Positions 13,055 to 27,637 of a stretch of 64,000 nt of DNA are shown here, one piece after another (the stretch's first letter is position 1; the number at the start of each line of letters is the position of its first letter). This DNA is from Amphiscolops sp. MND2022. Its lineage: Eukaryota. The stretch is from contig OZ076409.1 of the NCBI GenBank assembly GCA_964187785.1, positions 16,432,001-16,496,000 on the forward strand, read 5' to 3'. The notes beneath the pieces were generated by a model. The model was not told where the DNA came from, made no database searches, and was given only the letters and a program-made list of their open reading frames with translations. The translations under genes were made by a program, and so were the position numbers.

Positions 13055-13173
13055 GGCTACGACCATACCATGTTGAATGCACCGGTTCTCGTCCGATCAC
13101 CGAAGTTAAACAACATAGGGCCTGGTTAGTACTTGGATGGGAGACCGCTTGGGAACACCAGGTGTTGTAGCCT
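13055..13173 (+). rRNA. 5S rRNA
   Basis: Copy of 399-517. Confidence 0.97.
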
Positions 13174-13958
13174 TTTTTGTCAGAAATGTGGTTTAACTTC
13201 GGTGACAGTTTTGCAAAAGGGGTCAAATTGAAAAGATAGCACAAAACGGACAACGCCATCAGAAAGAGCGTCCAAAAAAACCCCCATGCTGAAATTTTCG
13301 CCGCCATCACTTGAATTTTCATTGAGTTATGTCATTTTTACTATTTTCACAAAATGTGGTTTAACTTCGGTGACAGTTTTGCAAAAGGGGTCAAAATGAA
13401 CAGATAGCAAAAAACGGACAACGGCATTGGAAAGAGGGCCCAAAATTACCCCTAAAACGTGTTTTTCACACTCCTGAGTCGACTTTTGATAATACATGGA
13501 ATTTCATTTTTAAGCTTACTAATTTATGCTTTTCAGCATACATTTTCGTAATAGAGTCAAAATTTTGCTTTCTCACACTTTTTCTGGAATATTTTTGTTT
13601 CATCAGATGTCAATAACTTGAAACGTCGTCTTTTCATGAGAATTTCTCCTCAAAACAAGTTGTTGGCTGGTAATGGTAAGTCCGTACCGCAGATAGGAGT
13701 CTCGCGCTCCAAAAATTGACTCTTTGCTTTTAGCCTAATTGTTGTGATAAACTTATTAAATAGGTAAGTATTCCAACCCTATTGATAAGTTTTATTTGAA
13801 AGCAGACTGCGAAAGTGGTCTGCTGCCCAATTTTTGAACAAGGAACAAGCTAGTCTGCACTAACTTAAAAGTTACGCGTATTTTGACCGAGAAAATTTTC
13901 GTATCATTGTACGTAATTTTGTTGTTAAGCATATAAAGCTATTGATTTTACAATGATC

Positions 13959-14077
13959 GGCTACGACCATACCATGTTGAATGCACCGGTTCTCGTCCGA
14001 TCACCGAAGTTAAACAACATAGGGCCTGGTTAGTACTTGGATGGGAGACCGCTTGGGAACACCAGGTGTTGTAGCCT
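13959..14077 (+). rRNA. 5S rRNA
   Basis: Copy of 399-517. Confidence 0.97.
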
Positions 14078-14862
14078 TTTTTGTCAGAAATGTGGTTTAA
14101 CTTCGGTGACAGTTTTGCAAAAGGGGTCAAATTGAAAAGATAGCACAAAACGGACAACGCCATCAGAAAGAGCGTCCAAAAAAACCCCCATGCTGAAATT
14201 TTCGCCGCCATCACTTGAATTTTCATTGAGTTATGTCATTTTTACTATTTTCACAAAATGTGGTTTAACTTCGGTGACAGTTTTGCAAAAGGGGTCAAAA
14301 TGAACAGATAGCAAAAAACGGACAACGGCATTGGAAAGAGGGCCCAAAATTACCCCTAAAACGTGTTTTTCACACTCCTGAGTCGACTTTTGATAATACA
14401 TGGAATTTCATTTTTAAGCTTACTAATTTATGCTTTTCAGCATACATTTTCGTAATAGAGTCAAAATTTTGCTTTCTCACAATTTTTCTGGAATATTTTT
14501 GTTTCATCAGATGTCAATAACTTGAAACGTCGTCTTTTCATGAGAATTTCTCCTCAAAACAAGTTGTTGGCTGGTAATGGTAAGTCCGTACCGCAGATAG
14601 GAGTCTCGCGCTCCAAAAATTGACTCTTTGCTTTTAGCCTAATTGTTGTGATAAACTTATTAAATAGGTAAGTATTCCAACCCTATTGATAAGTTTTATT
14701 TGAAAGCAGACTGCGAAAGTGGTCTGCTGCCCAATTTTTGAACAAGGAACAAGCTAGTCTGCACTAACTTAAAAGTTACGCGTATTTTGACCGAGAAAAT
14801 TTTCGTATCATTGTACGTAATTTTGTTGTTAAGCATATAAAGCTATTGATTTTACAATGATC

Positions 14863-14981
14863 GGCTACGACCATACCATGTTGAATGCACCGGTTCTCGT
14901 CCGATCACCGAAGTTAAACAACATAGGGCCTGGTTAGTACTTGGATGGGAGACCGCTTGGGAACACCAGGTGTTGTAGCCT
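14863..14981 (+). rRNA. 5S rRNA
   Basis: Copy of 399-517. Confidence 0.97.
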
Positions 14982-15766
14982 TTTTTGTCAGAAATGTGGT
15001 TTAACTTCGGTGACAGTTTTGCAAAAGGGGTCAAATTGAAAAGATAGCACAAAACGGACAACGCCATCAGAAAGAGCGTCCAAAAAAACCCCCATGCTGA
15101 AATTTTCGCCGCCATCACTTGAATTTTCATTGAGTTATGTCATTTTTACTATTTTCACAAAATGTGGTTTAACTTCGGTGACAGTTTTGCAAAAGGGGTC
15201 AAAATGAACAGATAGCAAAAAACGGACAACGGCATTGGAAAGAGGGCCCAAAATTACCCCTAAAACGTGTTTTTCACACTCCTGAGTCGACTTTTGATAA
15301 TACATGGAATTTCATTTTTAAGCTTACTAATTTATGCTTTTCAGCATACATTTTCGTAATAGAGTCAAAATTTTGCTTTCTCACACTTTTTCTGGAATAT
15401 TTTTGTTTCATCAGATGTCAATAACTTGAAACGTCGTCTTTTCATGAGAATTTCTCCTCAAAACAAGTTGTTGGCTGGTAATGGTAAGTCCGTACCGCAG
15501 ATAGGAGTCTCGCGCTCCAAAAATTGACTCTTTGCTTTTAGCCTAATTGTTGTGATAAACTTATTAAATAGGTAAGTATTCCAACCCTATTGATAAGTTT
15601 TATTTGAAAGCAGACTGCGAAAGTGGTCTGCTGCCCAATTTTTGAACAAGGAACAAGCTAGTCTGCACTAACTTAAAAGTTACGCGTATTTTGACCGAGA
15701 AAATTTTCGTATCATTGTACGTAATTTTGTTGTTAAGCATATAAAGCTATTGATTTTACAATGATC

Positions 15767-15885
15767 GGCTACGACCATACCATGTTGAATGCACCGGTTC
15801 TCGTCCGATCACCGAAGTTAAACAACATAGGGCCTGGTTAGTACTTGGATGGGAGACCGCTTGGGAACACCAGGTGTTGTAGCCT
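15767..15885 (+). rRNA. 5S rRNA
   Basis: Copy of 399-517. Confidence 0.97.
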
Positions 15886-16670
15886 TTTTTGTCAGAAATG
15901 TGGTTTAACTTCGGTGACAGTTTTGCAAAAGGGGTCAAATTGAAAAGATAGCACAAAACGGACAACGCCATCAGAAAGAGCGTCCAAAAAAACCCCCATG
16001 CTGAAATTTTCGCCGCCATCACTTGAATTTTCATTGAGTTATGTCATTTTTACTATTTTCACAAAATGTGGTTTAACTTCGGTGACAGTTTTGCAAAAGG
16101 GGTCAAAATGAACAGATAGCAAAAAACGGACAACGGCATTGGAAAGAGGGCCCAAAATTACCCCTAAAACGTGTTTTTCACACTCCTGAGTCGACTTTTG
16201 ATAATACATGGAATTTCATTTTTAAGCTTACTAATTTATGCTTTTCAGCATACATTTTCGTAATAGAGTCAAAATTTTGCTTTCTCACAATTTTTCTGGA
16301 ATATTTTTGTTTCATCAGATGTCAATAACTTGAAACGTCGTCTTTTCATGAGAATTTCTCCTCAAAACAAGTTGTTGGCTGGTAATGGTAAGTCCGTACC
16401 GCAGATAGGAGTCTCGCGCTCCAAAAATTGACTCTTTGCTTTTAGCCTAATTGTTGTGATAAACTTATTAAATAGGTAAGTATTCCAACCCTATTGATAA
16501 GTTTTATTTGAAAGCAGACTGCGAAAGTGGTCTGCTGCCCAATTTTTGAACAAGGAACAAGCTAGTCTGCACTAACTTAAAAGTTACGCGTATTTTGACC
16601 GAGAAAATTTTCGTATCATTGTACGTAATTTTGTTGTTAAGCATATAAAGCTATTGATTTTACAATGATC

Positions 16671-16789
16671 GGCTACGACCATACCATGTTGAATGCACCG
16701 GTTCTCGTCCGATCACCGAAGTTAAACAACATAGGGCCTGGTTAGTACTTGGATGGGAGACCGCTTGGGAACACCAGGTGTTGTAGCCT
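16671..16789 (+). rRNA. 5S rRNA
   Basis: Copy of 399-517. Confidence 0.97.
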
Positions 16790-17574
16790 TTTTTGTCAGA
16801 AATGTGGTTTAACTTCGGTGACAGTTTTGCAAAAGGGGTCAAATTGAAAAGATAGCACAAAACGGACAACGCCATCAGAAAGAGCGTCCAAAAAAACCCC
16901 CATGCTGAAATTTTCGCCGCCATCACTTGAATTTTCATTGAGTTATGTCATTTTTACTATTTTCACAAAATGTGGTTTAACTTCGGTGACAGTTTTGCAA
17001 AAGGGGTCAAAATGAACAGATAGCAAAAAACGGACAACGGCATTGGAAAGAGGGCCCAAAATTACCCCTAAAACGTGTTTTTCACACTCCTGAGTCGACT
17101 TTTGATAATACATGGAATTTCATTTTTAAGCTTACTAATTTATGCTTTTCAGCATACATTTTCGTAATAGAGTCAAAATTTTGCTTTCTCACACTTTTTC
17201 TGGAATATTTTTGTTTCATCAGATGTCAATAACTTGAAACGTCGTCTTTTCATGAGAATTTCTCCTCAAAACAAGTTGTTGGCTGGTAATGGTAAGTCCG
17301 TACCGCAGATAGGAGTCTCGCGCTCCAAAAATTGACTCTTTGCTTTTAGCCTAATTGTTGTGATAAACTTATTAAATAGGTAAGTATTCCAACCCTATTG
17401 ATAAGTTTTATTTGAAAGCAGACTGCGAAAGTGGTCTGCTGCCCAATTTTTGAACAAGGAACAAGCTAGTCTGCACTAACTTAAAAGTTACGCGTATTTT
17501 GACCGAGAAAATTTTCGTATCATTGTACGTAATTTTGTTGTTAAGCATATAAAGCTATTGATTTTACAATGATC

Positions 17575-17693
17575 GGCTACGACCATACCATGTTGAATGC
17601 ACCGGTTCTCGTCCGATCACCGAAGTTAAACAACATAGGGCCTGGTTAGTACTTGGATGGGAGACCGCTTGGGAACACCAGGTGTTGTAGCCT
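17575..17693 (+). rRNA. 5S rRNA
   Basis: Copy of 399-517. Confidence 0.97.
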
Positions 17694-18478
17694 TTTTTGT
17701 CAGAAATGTGGTTTAACTTCGGTGACAGTTTTGCAAAAGGGGTCAAATTGAAAAGATAGCACAAAACGGACAACGCCATCAGAAAGAGCGTCCAAAAAAA
17801 CCCCCATGCTGAAATTTTCGCCGCCATCACTTGAATTTTCATTGAGTTATGTCATTTTTACTATTTTCACAAAATGTGGTTTAACTTCGGTGACAGTTTT
17901 GCAAAAGGGGTCAAAATGAACAGATAGCAAAAAACGGACAACGGCATTGGAAAGAGGGCCCAAAATTACCCCTAAAACGTGTTTTTCACACTCCTGAGTC
18001 GACTTTTGATAATACATGGAATTTCATTTTTAAGCTTACTAATTTATGCTTTTCAGCATACATTTTCGTAATAGAGTCAAAATTTTGCTTTCTCACACTT
18101 TTTCTGGAATATTTTTGTTTCATCAGATGTCAATAACTTGAAACGTCGTCTTTTCATGAGAATTTCTCCTCAAAACAAGTTGTTGGCTGGTAATGGTAAG
18201 TCCGTACCGCAGATAGGAGTCTCGCGCTCCAAAAATTGACTCTTTGCTTTTAGCCTAATTGTTGTGATAAACTTATTAAATAGGTAAGTATTCCAACCCT
18301 ATTGATAAGTTTTATTTGAAAGCAGACTGCGAAAGTGGTCTGCTGCCCAATTTTTGAACAAGGAACAAGCTAGTCTGCACTAACTTAAAAGTTACGCGTA
18401 TTTTGACCGAGAAAATTTTCGTATCATTGTACGTAATTTTGTTGTTAAGCATATAAAGCTATTGATTTTACAATGATC

Positions 18479-18597
18479 GGCTACGACCATACCATGTTGA
18501 ATGCACCGGTTCTCGTCCGATCACCGAAGTTAAACAACATAGGGCCTGGTTAGTACTTGGATGGGAGACCGCTTGGGAACACCAGGTGTTGTAGCCT
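18479..18597 (+). rRNA. 5S rRNA
   Basis: Copy of 399-517. Confidence 0.97.
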
Positions 18598-19382
18598 TTT
18601 TTGTCAGAAATGTGGTTTAACTTCGGTGACAGTTTTGCAAAAGGGGTCAAATTGAAAAGATAGCACAAAACGGACAACGCCATCAGAAAGAGCGTCCAAA
18701 AAAACCCCCATGCTGAAATTTTCGCCGCCATCACTTGAATTTTCATTGAGTTATGTCATTTTTACTATTTTCACAAAATGTGGTTTAACTTCGGTGACAG
18801 TTTTGCAAAAGGGGTCAAAATGAACAGATAGCAAAAAACGGACAACGGCATTGGAAAGAGGGCCCAAAATTACCCCTAAAACGTGTTTTTCACACTCCTG
18901 AGTCGACTTTTGATAATACATGGAATTTCATTTTTAAGCTTACTAATTTATGCTTTTCAGCATACATTTTCGTAATAGAGTCAAAATTTTGCTTTCTCAC
19001 AATTTTTCTGGAATATTTTTGTTTCATCAGATGTCAATAACTTGAAACGTCGTCTTTTCATGAGAATTTCTCCTCAAAACAAGTTGTTGGCTGGTAATGG
19101 TAAGTCCGTACCGCAGATAGGAGTCTCGCGCTCCAAAAATTGACTCTTTGCTTTTAGCCTAATTGTTGTGATAAACTTATTAAATAGGTAAGTATTCCAA
19201 CCCTATTGATAAGTTTTATTTGAAAGCAGACTGCGAAAGTGGTCTGCTGCCCAATTTTTGAACAAGGAACAAGCTAGTCTGCACTAACTTAAAAGTTACG
19301 CGTATTTTGACCGAGAAAATTTTCGTATCATTGTACGTAATTTTGTTGTTAAGCATATAAAGCTATTGATTTTACAATGATC

Positions 19383-19501
19383 GGCTACGACCATACCATG
19401 TTGAATGCACCGGTTCTCGTCCGATCACCGAAGTTAAACAACATAGGGCCTGGTTAGTACTTGGATGGGAGACCGCTTGGGAACACCAGGTGTTGTAGCC
19501 T
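19383..19501 (+). rRNA. 5S rRNA
   Basis: Copy of 399-517. Confidence 0.97.
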
Positions 19502-20286
19502 TTTTTGTCAGAAATGTGGTTTAACTTCGGTGACAGTTTTGCAAAAGGGGTCAAATTGAAAAGATAGCACAAAACGGACAACGCCATCAGAAAGAGCGTC
19601 CAAAAAAACCCCCATGCTGAAATTTTCGCCGCCATCACTTGAATTTTCATTGAGTTATGTCATTTTTACTATTTTCACAAAATGTGGTTTAACTTCGGTG
19701 ACAGTTTTGCAAAAGGGGTCAAAATGAACAGATAGCAAAAAACGGACAACGGCATTGGAAAGAGGGCCCAAAATTACCCCTAAAACGTGTTTTTCACACT
19801 CCTGAGTCGACTTTTGATAATACATGGAATTCCATTTTTAAGCTTACTAATTTATGCTTTTCAGCATACATTTTCGTAATAGAGTCAAAATTTTGCTTTC
19901 TCACACTTTTTCTGGAATATTTTTGTTTCATCAGATGTCAATAACTTGAAACGTCGTCTTTTCATGAGAATTTCTCCTCAAAACAAGTTGTTGGCTGGTA
20001 ATGGTAAGTCCGTACCGCAGATAGGAGTCTCGCGCTCCAAAAATTGACTCTTTGCTTTTAGCCTAATTGTTGTGATAAACTTATTAAATAGGTAAGTATT
20101 CCAACCCTATTGATAAGTTTTATTTGAAAGCAGACTGCGAAAGTGGTCTGCTGCCCAATTTTTGAACAAGGAACAAGCTAGTCTGCACTAACTTAAAAGT
20201 TACGCGTATTTTGACCGAGAAAATTTTCGTATCATTGTACGTAATTTTGTTGTTAAGCATATAAAGCTATTGATTTTACAATGATC

Positions 20287-20405
20287 GGCTACGACCATAC
20301 CATGTTGAATGCACCGGTTCTCGTCCGATCACCGAAGTTAAACAACATAGGGCCTGGTTAGTACTTGGATGGGAGACCGCTTGGGAACACCAGGTGTTGT
20401 AGCCT
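20287..20405 (+). rRNA. 5S rRNA
   Basis: Copy of 399-517. Confidence 0.97.
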
Positions 20406-21190
20406 TTTTTGTCAGAAATGTGGTTTAACTTCGGTGACAGTTTTGCAAAAGGGGTCAAATTGAAAAGATAGCACAAAACGGACAACGCCATCAGAAAGAG
20501 CGTCCAAAAAAACCCCCATGCTGAAATTTTCGCCGCCATCACTTGAATTTTCATTGAGTTATGTCATTTTTACTATTTTCACAAAATGTGGTTTAACTTC
20601 GGTGACAGTTTTGCAAAAGGGGTCAAAATGAACAGATAGCAAAAAACGGACAACGGCATTGGAAAGAGGGCCCAAAATTACCCCTAAAACGTGTTTTTCA
20701 CACTCCTGAGTCGACTTTTGATAATACATGGAATTTCATTTTTAAGCTTACTAATTTATGCTTTTCAGCATACATTTTCGTAATAGAGTCAAAATTTTGC
20801 TTTCTCACAATTTTTCTGGAATATTTTTGTTTCATCAGATGTCAATAACTTGAAACGTCGTCTTTTCATGAGAATTTCTCCTCAAAACAAGTTGTTGGCT
20901 GGTAATGGTAAGTCCGTACCGCAGATAGGAGTCTCGCGCTCCAAAAATTGACTCTTTGCTTTTAGCCTAATTGTTGTGATAAACTTATTAAATAGGTAAG
21001 TATTCCAACCCTATTGATAAGTTTTATTTGAAAGCAGACTGCGAAAGTGGTCTGCTGCCCAATTTTTGAACAAGGAACAAGCTAGTCTGCACTAACTTAA
21101 AAGTTACGCGTATTTTGACCGAGAAAATTTTCGTATCATTGTACGTAATTTTGTTGTTAAGCATATAAAGCTATTGATTTTACAATGATC

Positions 21191-21309
21191 GGCTACGACC
21201 ATACCATGTTGAATGCACCGGTTCTCGTCCGATCACCGAAGTTAAACAACATAGGGCCTGGTTAGTACTTGGATGGGAGACCGCTTGGGAACACCAGGTG
21301 TTGTAGCCT
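21191..21309 (+). rRNA. 5S rRNA
   Basis: Copy of 399-517. Confidence 0.97.
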
Positions 21310-22094
21310 TTTTTGTCAGAAATGTGGTTTAACTTCGGTGACAGTTTTGCAAAAGGGGTCAAATTGAAAAGATAGCACAAAACGGACAACGCCATCAGAA
21401 AGAGCGTCCAAAAAAACCCCCATGCTGAAATTTTCGCCGCCATCACTTGAATTTTCATTGAGTTATGTCATTTTTACTATTTTCACAAAATGTGGTTTAA
21501 CTTCGGTGACAGTTTTGCAAAAGGGGTCAAAATGAACAGATAGCAAAAAACGGACAACGGCATTGGAAAGAGGGCCCAAAATTACCCCTAAAACGTGTTT
21601 TTCACACTCCTGAGTCGACTTTTGATAATACATGGAATTTCATTTTTAAGCTTACTAATTTATGCTTTTCAGCATACATTTTCGTAATAGAGTCAAAATT
21701 TTGCTTTCTCACACTTTTTCTGGAATATTTTTGTTTCATCAGATGTCAATAACTTGAAACGTCGTCTTTTCATGAGAATTTCTCCTCAAAACAAGTTGTT
21801 GGCTGGTAATGGTAAGTCCGTACCGCAGATAGGAGTCTCGCGCTCCAAAAATTGACTCTTTGCTTTTAGCCTAATTGTTGTGATAAACTTATTAAATAGG
21901 TAAGTATTCCAACCCTATTGATAAGTTTTATTTGAAAGCAGACTGCGAAAGTGGTCTGCTGCCCAATTTTTGAACAAGGAACAAGCTAGTCTGCACTAAC
22001 TTAAAAGTTACGCGTATTTTGACCGAGAAAATTTTCGTATCATTGTACGTAATTTTGTTGTTAAGCATATAAAGCTATTGATTTTACAATGATC

Positions 22095-22213
22095 GGCTAC
22101 GACCATACCATGTTGAATGCACCGGTTCTCGTCCGATCACCGAAGTTAAACAACATAGGGCCTGGTTAGTACTTGGATGGGAGACCGCTTGGGAACACCA
22201 GGTGTTGTAGCCT
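22095..22213 (+). rRNA. 5S rRNA
   Basis: Copy of 399-517. Confidence 0.97.
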
Positions 22214-22998
22214 TTTTTGTCAGAAATGTGGTTTAACTTCGGTGACAGTTTTGCAAAAGGGGTCAAATTGAAAAGATAGCACAAAACGGACAACGCCATC
22301 AGAAAGAGCGTCCAAAAAAACCCCCATGCTGAAATTTTCGCCGCCATCACTTGAATTTTCATTGAGTTATGTCATTTTTACTATTTTCACAAAATGTGGT
22401 TTAACTTCGGTGACAGTTTTGCAAAAGGGGTCAAAATGAACAGATAGCAAAAAACGGACAACGGCATTGGAAAGAGGGCCCAAAATTACCCCTAAAACGT
22501 GTTTTTCACACTCCTGAGTCGACTTTTGATAATACATGGAATTTCATTTTTAAGCTTACTAATTTATGCTTTTCAGCATACATTTTCGTAATAGAGTCAA
22601 AATTTTGCTTTCTCACACTTTTTCTGGAATATTTTTGTTTCATCAGATGTCAATAACTTGAAACGTCGTCTTTTCATGAGAATTTCTCCTCAAAACAAGT
22701 TGTTGGCTGGTAATGGTAAGTCCGTACCGCAGATAGGAGTCTCGCGCTCCAAAAATTGACTCTTTGCTTTTAGCCTAATTGTTGTGATAAACTTATTAAA
22801 TAGGTAAGTATTCCAACCCTATTGATAAGTTTTATTTGAAAGCAGACTGCGAAAGTGGTCTGCTGCCCAATTTTTGAACAAGGAACAAGCTAGTCTGCAC
22901 TAACTTAAAAGTTACGCGTATTTTGACCGAGAAAATTTTCGTATCATTGTACGTAATTTTGTTGTTAAGCATATAAAGCTATTGATTTTACAATGATC

Positions 22999-23117
22999 GG
23001 CTACGACCATACCATGTTGAATGCACCGGTTCTCGTCCGATCACCGAAGTTAAACAACATAGGGCCTGGTTAGTACTTGGATGGGAGACCGCTTGGGAAC
23101 ACCAGGTGTTGTAGCCT
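22999..23117 (+). rRNA. 5S rRNA
   Basis: Copy of 399-517. Confidence 0.97.
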
Positions 23118-23902
23118 TTTTTGTCAGAAATGTGGTTTAACTTCGGTGACAGTTTTGCAAAAGGGGTCAAATTGAAAAGATAGCACAAAACGGACAACGC
23201 CATCAGAAAGAGCGTCCAAAAAAACCCCCATGCTGAAATTTTCGCCGCCATCACTTGAATTTTCATTGAGTTATGTCATTTTTACTATTTTCACAAAATG
23301 TGGTTTAACTTCGGTGACAGTTTTGCAAAAGGGGTCAAAATGAACAGATAGCAAAAAACGGACAACGGCATTGGAAAGAGGGCCCAAAATTACCCCTAAA
23401 ACGTGTTTTTCACACTCCTGAGTCGACTTTTGATAATACATGGAATTTCATTTTTAAGCTTACTAATTTATGCTTTTCAGCATACATTTTCGTAATAGAG
23501 TCAAAATTTTGCTTTCTCACAATTTTTCTGGAATATTTTTGTTTCATCAGATGTCAATAACTTGAAACGTCGTCTTTTCATGAGAATTTCTCCTCAAAAC
23601 AAGTTGTTGGCTGGTAATGGTAAGTCCGTACCGCAGATAGGAGTCTCGCGCTCCAAAAATTGACTCTTTGCTTTTAGCCTAATTGTTGTGATAAACTTAT
23701 TAAATAGGTAAGTATTCCAACCCTATTGATAAGTTTTATTTGAAAGCAGACTGCGAAAGTGGTCTGCTGCCCAATTTTTGAACAAGGAACAAGCTAGTCT
23801 GCACTAACTTAAAAGTTACGCGTATTTTGACCGAGAAAATTTTCGTATCATTGTACGTAATTTTGTTGTTAAGCATATAAAGCTATTGATTTTACAATGA
23901 TC

Positions 23903-24021
23903 GGCTACGACCATACCATGTTGAATGCACCGGTTCTCGTCCGATCACCGAAGTTAAACAACATAGGGCCTGGTTAGTACTTGGATGGGAGACCGCTTGG
24001 GAACACCAGGTGTTGTAGCCT
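23903..24021 (+). rRNA. 5S rRNA
   Basis: Copy of 399-517. Confidence 0.97.
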
Positions 24022-24806
24022 TTTTTGTCAGAAATGTGGTTTAACTTCGGTGACAGTTTTGCAAAAGGGGTCAAATTGAAAAGATAGCACAAAACGGACA
24101 ACGCCATCAGAAAGAGCGTCCAAAAAAACCCCCATGCTGAAATTTTCGCCGCCATCACTTGAATTTTCATTGAGTTATGTCATTTTTACTATTTTCACAA
24201 AATGTGGTTTAACTTCGGTGACAGTTTTGCAAAAGGGGTCAAAATGAACAGATAGCAAAAAACGGACAACGGCATTGGAAAGAGGGCCCAAAATTACCCC
24301 TAAAACGTGTTTTTCACACTCCTGAGTCGACTTTTGATAATACATGGAATTTCATTTTTAAGCTTACTAATTTATGCTTTTCAGCATACATTTTCGTAAT
24401 AGAGTCAAAATTTTGCTTTCTCACAATTTTTCTGGAATATTTTTGTTTCATCAGATGTCAATAACTTGAAACGTCGTCTTTTCATGAGAATTTCTCCTCA
24501 AAACAAGTTGTTGGCTGGTAATGGTAAGTCCGTACCGCAGATAGGAGTCTCGCGCTCCAAAAATTGACTCTTTGCTTTTAGCCTAATTGTTGTGATAAAC
24601 TTATTAAATAGGTAAGTATTCCAACCCTATTGATAAGTTTTATTTGAAAGCAGACTGCGAAAGTGGTCTGCTGCCCAATTTTTGAACAAGGAACAATCTA
24701 GTCTGCACTAACTTAAAAGTTACGCGTATTTTGACCGAGAAAATTTTCGTATCATTGTACGTAATTTTGTTGTTAAGCATATAAAGCTATTGATTTTACA
24801 ATGATC

Positions 24807-24925
24807 GGCTACGACCATACCATGTTGAATGCACCGGTTCTCGTCCGATCACCGAAGTTAAACAACATAGGGCCTGGTTAGTACTTGGATGGGAGACCGC
24901 TTGGGAACACCAGGTGTTGTAGCCT
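24807..24925 (+). rRNA. 5S rRNA
   Basis: Copy of 399-517. Confidence 0.97.
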
Positions 24926-25710
24926 TTTTTGTCAGAAATGTGGTTTAACTTCGGTGACAGTTTTGCAAAAGGGGTCAAATTGAAAAGATAGCACAAAACG
25001 GACAACGCCATCAGAAAGAGCGTCCAAAAAAACCCCCATGCTGAAATTTTCGCCGCCATCACTTGAATTTTCATTGAGTTATGTCATTTTTACTATTTTC
25101 ACAAAATGTGGTTTAACTTCGGTGACAGTTTTGCAAAAGGGGTCAAAATGAACAGATAGCAAAAAACGGACAACGGCATTGGAAAGAGGGCCCAAAATTA
25201 CCCCTAAAACGTGTTTTTCACACTCCTGAGTCGACTTTTGATAATACATGGAATTTCATTTTTAAGCTTACTAATTTATGCTTTTCAGCATACATTTTCG
25301 TAATAGAGTCAAAATTTTGCTTTCTCACAATTTTTCTGGAATATTTTTGTTTCATCAGATGTCAATAACTTGAAACGTCGTCTTTTCATGAGAATTTCTC
25401 CTCAAAACAAGTTGTTGGCTGGTAATGGTAAGTCCGTACCGCAGATAGGAGTCTCGCGCTCCAAAAATTGACTCTTTGCTTTTAGCCTAATTGTTGTGAT
25501 AAACTTATTAAATAGGTAAGTATTCCAACCCTATTGATAAGTTTTATTTGAAAGCAGACTGCGAAAGTGGTCTGCTGCCCAATTTTTGAACAAGGAACAA
25601 TCTAGTCTGCACTAACTTAAAAGTTACGCGTATTTTGACCGAGAAAATTTTCGTATCATTGTACGTAATTTTGTTGTTAAGCATATAAAGCTATTGATTT
25701 TACAATGATC

Positions 25711-25829
25711 GGCTACGACCATACCATGTTGAATGCACCGGTTCTCGTCCGATCACCGAAGTTAAACAACATAGGGCCTGGTTAGTACTTGGATGGGAGA
25801 CCGCTTGGGAACACCAGGTGTTGTAGCCT
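25711..25829 (+). rRNA. 5S rRNA
   Basis: Copy of 399-517. Confidence 0.97.
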
Positions 25830-26614
25830 TTTTTGTCAGAAATGTGGTTTAACTTCGGTGACAGTTTTGCAAAAGGGGTCAAATTGAAAAGATAGCACAA
25901 AACGGACAACGCCATCAGAAAGAGCGTCCAAAAAAACCCCCATGCTGAAATTTTCGCCGCCATCACTTGAATTTTCATTGAGTTATGTCATTTTTACTAT
26001 TTTCACAAAATGTGGTTTAACTTCGGTGACAGTTTTGCAAAAGGGGTCAAAATGAACAGATAGCAAAAAACGGACAACGGCATTGGAAAGAGGGCCCAAA
26101 ATTACCCCTAAAACGTGTTTTTCACACTCCTGAGTCGACTTTTGATAATACATGGAATTTCATTTTTAAGCTTACTAATTTATGCTTTTCAGCATACATT
26201 TTCGTAATAGAGTCAAAATTTTGCTTTCTCACAATTTTTCTGGAATATTTTTGTTTCATCAGATGTCAATAACTTGAAACGTCGTCTTTTCATGAGAATT
26301 TCTCCTCAAAACAAGTTGTTGGCTGGTAATGGTAAGTCCGTACCGCAGATAGGAGTCTCGCGCTCCAAAAATTGACTCTTTGCTTTTAGCCTAATTGTTG
26401 TGATAAACTTATTAAATAGGTAAGTATTCCAACCCTATTGATAAGTTTTATTTGAAAGCAGACTGCGAAAGTGGTCTGCTGCCCAATTTTTGAACAAGGA
26501 ACAATCTAGTCTGCACTAACTTAAAAGTTACGCGTATTTTGACCGAGAAAATTTTCGTATCATTGTACGTAATTTTGTTGTTAAGCATATAAAGCTATTG
26601 ATTTTACAATGATC

Positions 26615-26733
26615 GGCTACGACCATACCATGTTGAATGCACCGGTTCTCGTCCGATCACCGAAGTTAAACAACATAGGGCCTGGTTAGTACTTGGATGG
26701 GAGACCGCTTGGGAACACCAGGTGTTGTAGCCT
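26615..26733 (+). rRNA. 5S rRNA
   Basis: Copy of 399-517. Confidence 0.97.
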
Positions 26734-27518
26734 TTTTTGTCAGAAATGTGGTTTAACTTCGGTGACAGTTTTGCAAAAGGGGTCAAATTGAAAAGATAGC
26801 ACAAAACGGACAACGCCATCAGAAAGAGCGTCCAAAAAAACCCCCATGCTGAAATTTTCGCCGCCATCACTTGAATTTTCATTGAGTTATGTCATTTTTA
26901 CTATTTTCACAAAATGTGGTTTAACTTCGGTGACAGTTTTGCAAAAGGGGTCAAAATGAACAGATAGCAAAAAACGGACAACGGCATTGGAAAGAGGGCC
27001 CAAAATTACCCCTAAAACGTGTTTTTCACACTCCTGAGTCGACTTTTGATAATACATGGAATTTCATTTTTAAGCTTACTAATTTATGCTTTTCAGCATA
27101 CATTTTCGTAATAGAGTCAAAATTTTGCTTTCTCACAATTTTTCTGGAATATTTTTGTTTCATCAGATGTCAATAACTTGAAACGTCGTCTTTTCATGAG
27201 AATTTCTCCTCAAAACAAGTTGTTGGCTGGTAATGGTAAGTCCGTACCGCAGATAGGAGTCTCGCGCTCCAAAAATTGACTCTTTGCTTTTAGCCTAATT
27301 GTTGTGATAAACTTATTAAATAGGTAAGTATTCCAACCCTATTGATAAGTTTTATTTGAAAGCAGACTGCGAAAGTGGTCTGCTGCCCAATTTTTGAACA
27401 AGGAACAATCTAGTCTGCACTAACTTAAAAGTTACGCGTATTTTGACCGAGAAAATTTTCGTATCATTGTACGTAATTTTGTTGTTAAGCATATAAAGCT
27501 ATTGATTTTACAATGATC

Positions 27519-27637
27519 GGCTACGACCATACCATGTTGAATGCACCGGTTCTCGTCCGATCACCGAAGTTAAACAACATAGGGCCTGGTTAGTACTTGG
27601 ATGGGAGACCGCTTGGGAACACCAGGTGTTGTAGCCT
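27519..27637 (+). rRNA. 5S rRNA
   Basis: Copy of 399-517. Confidence 0.97.
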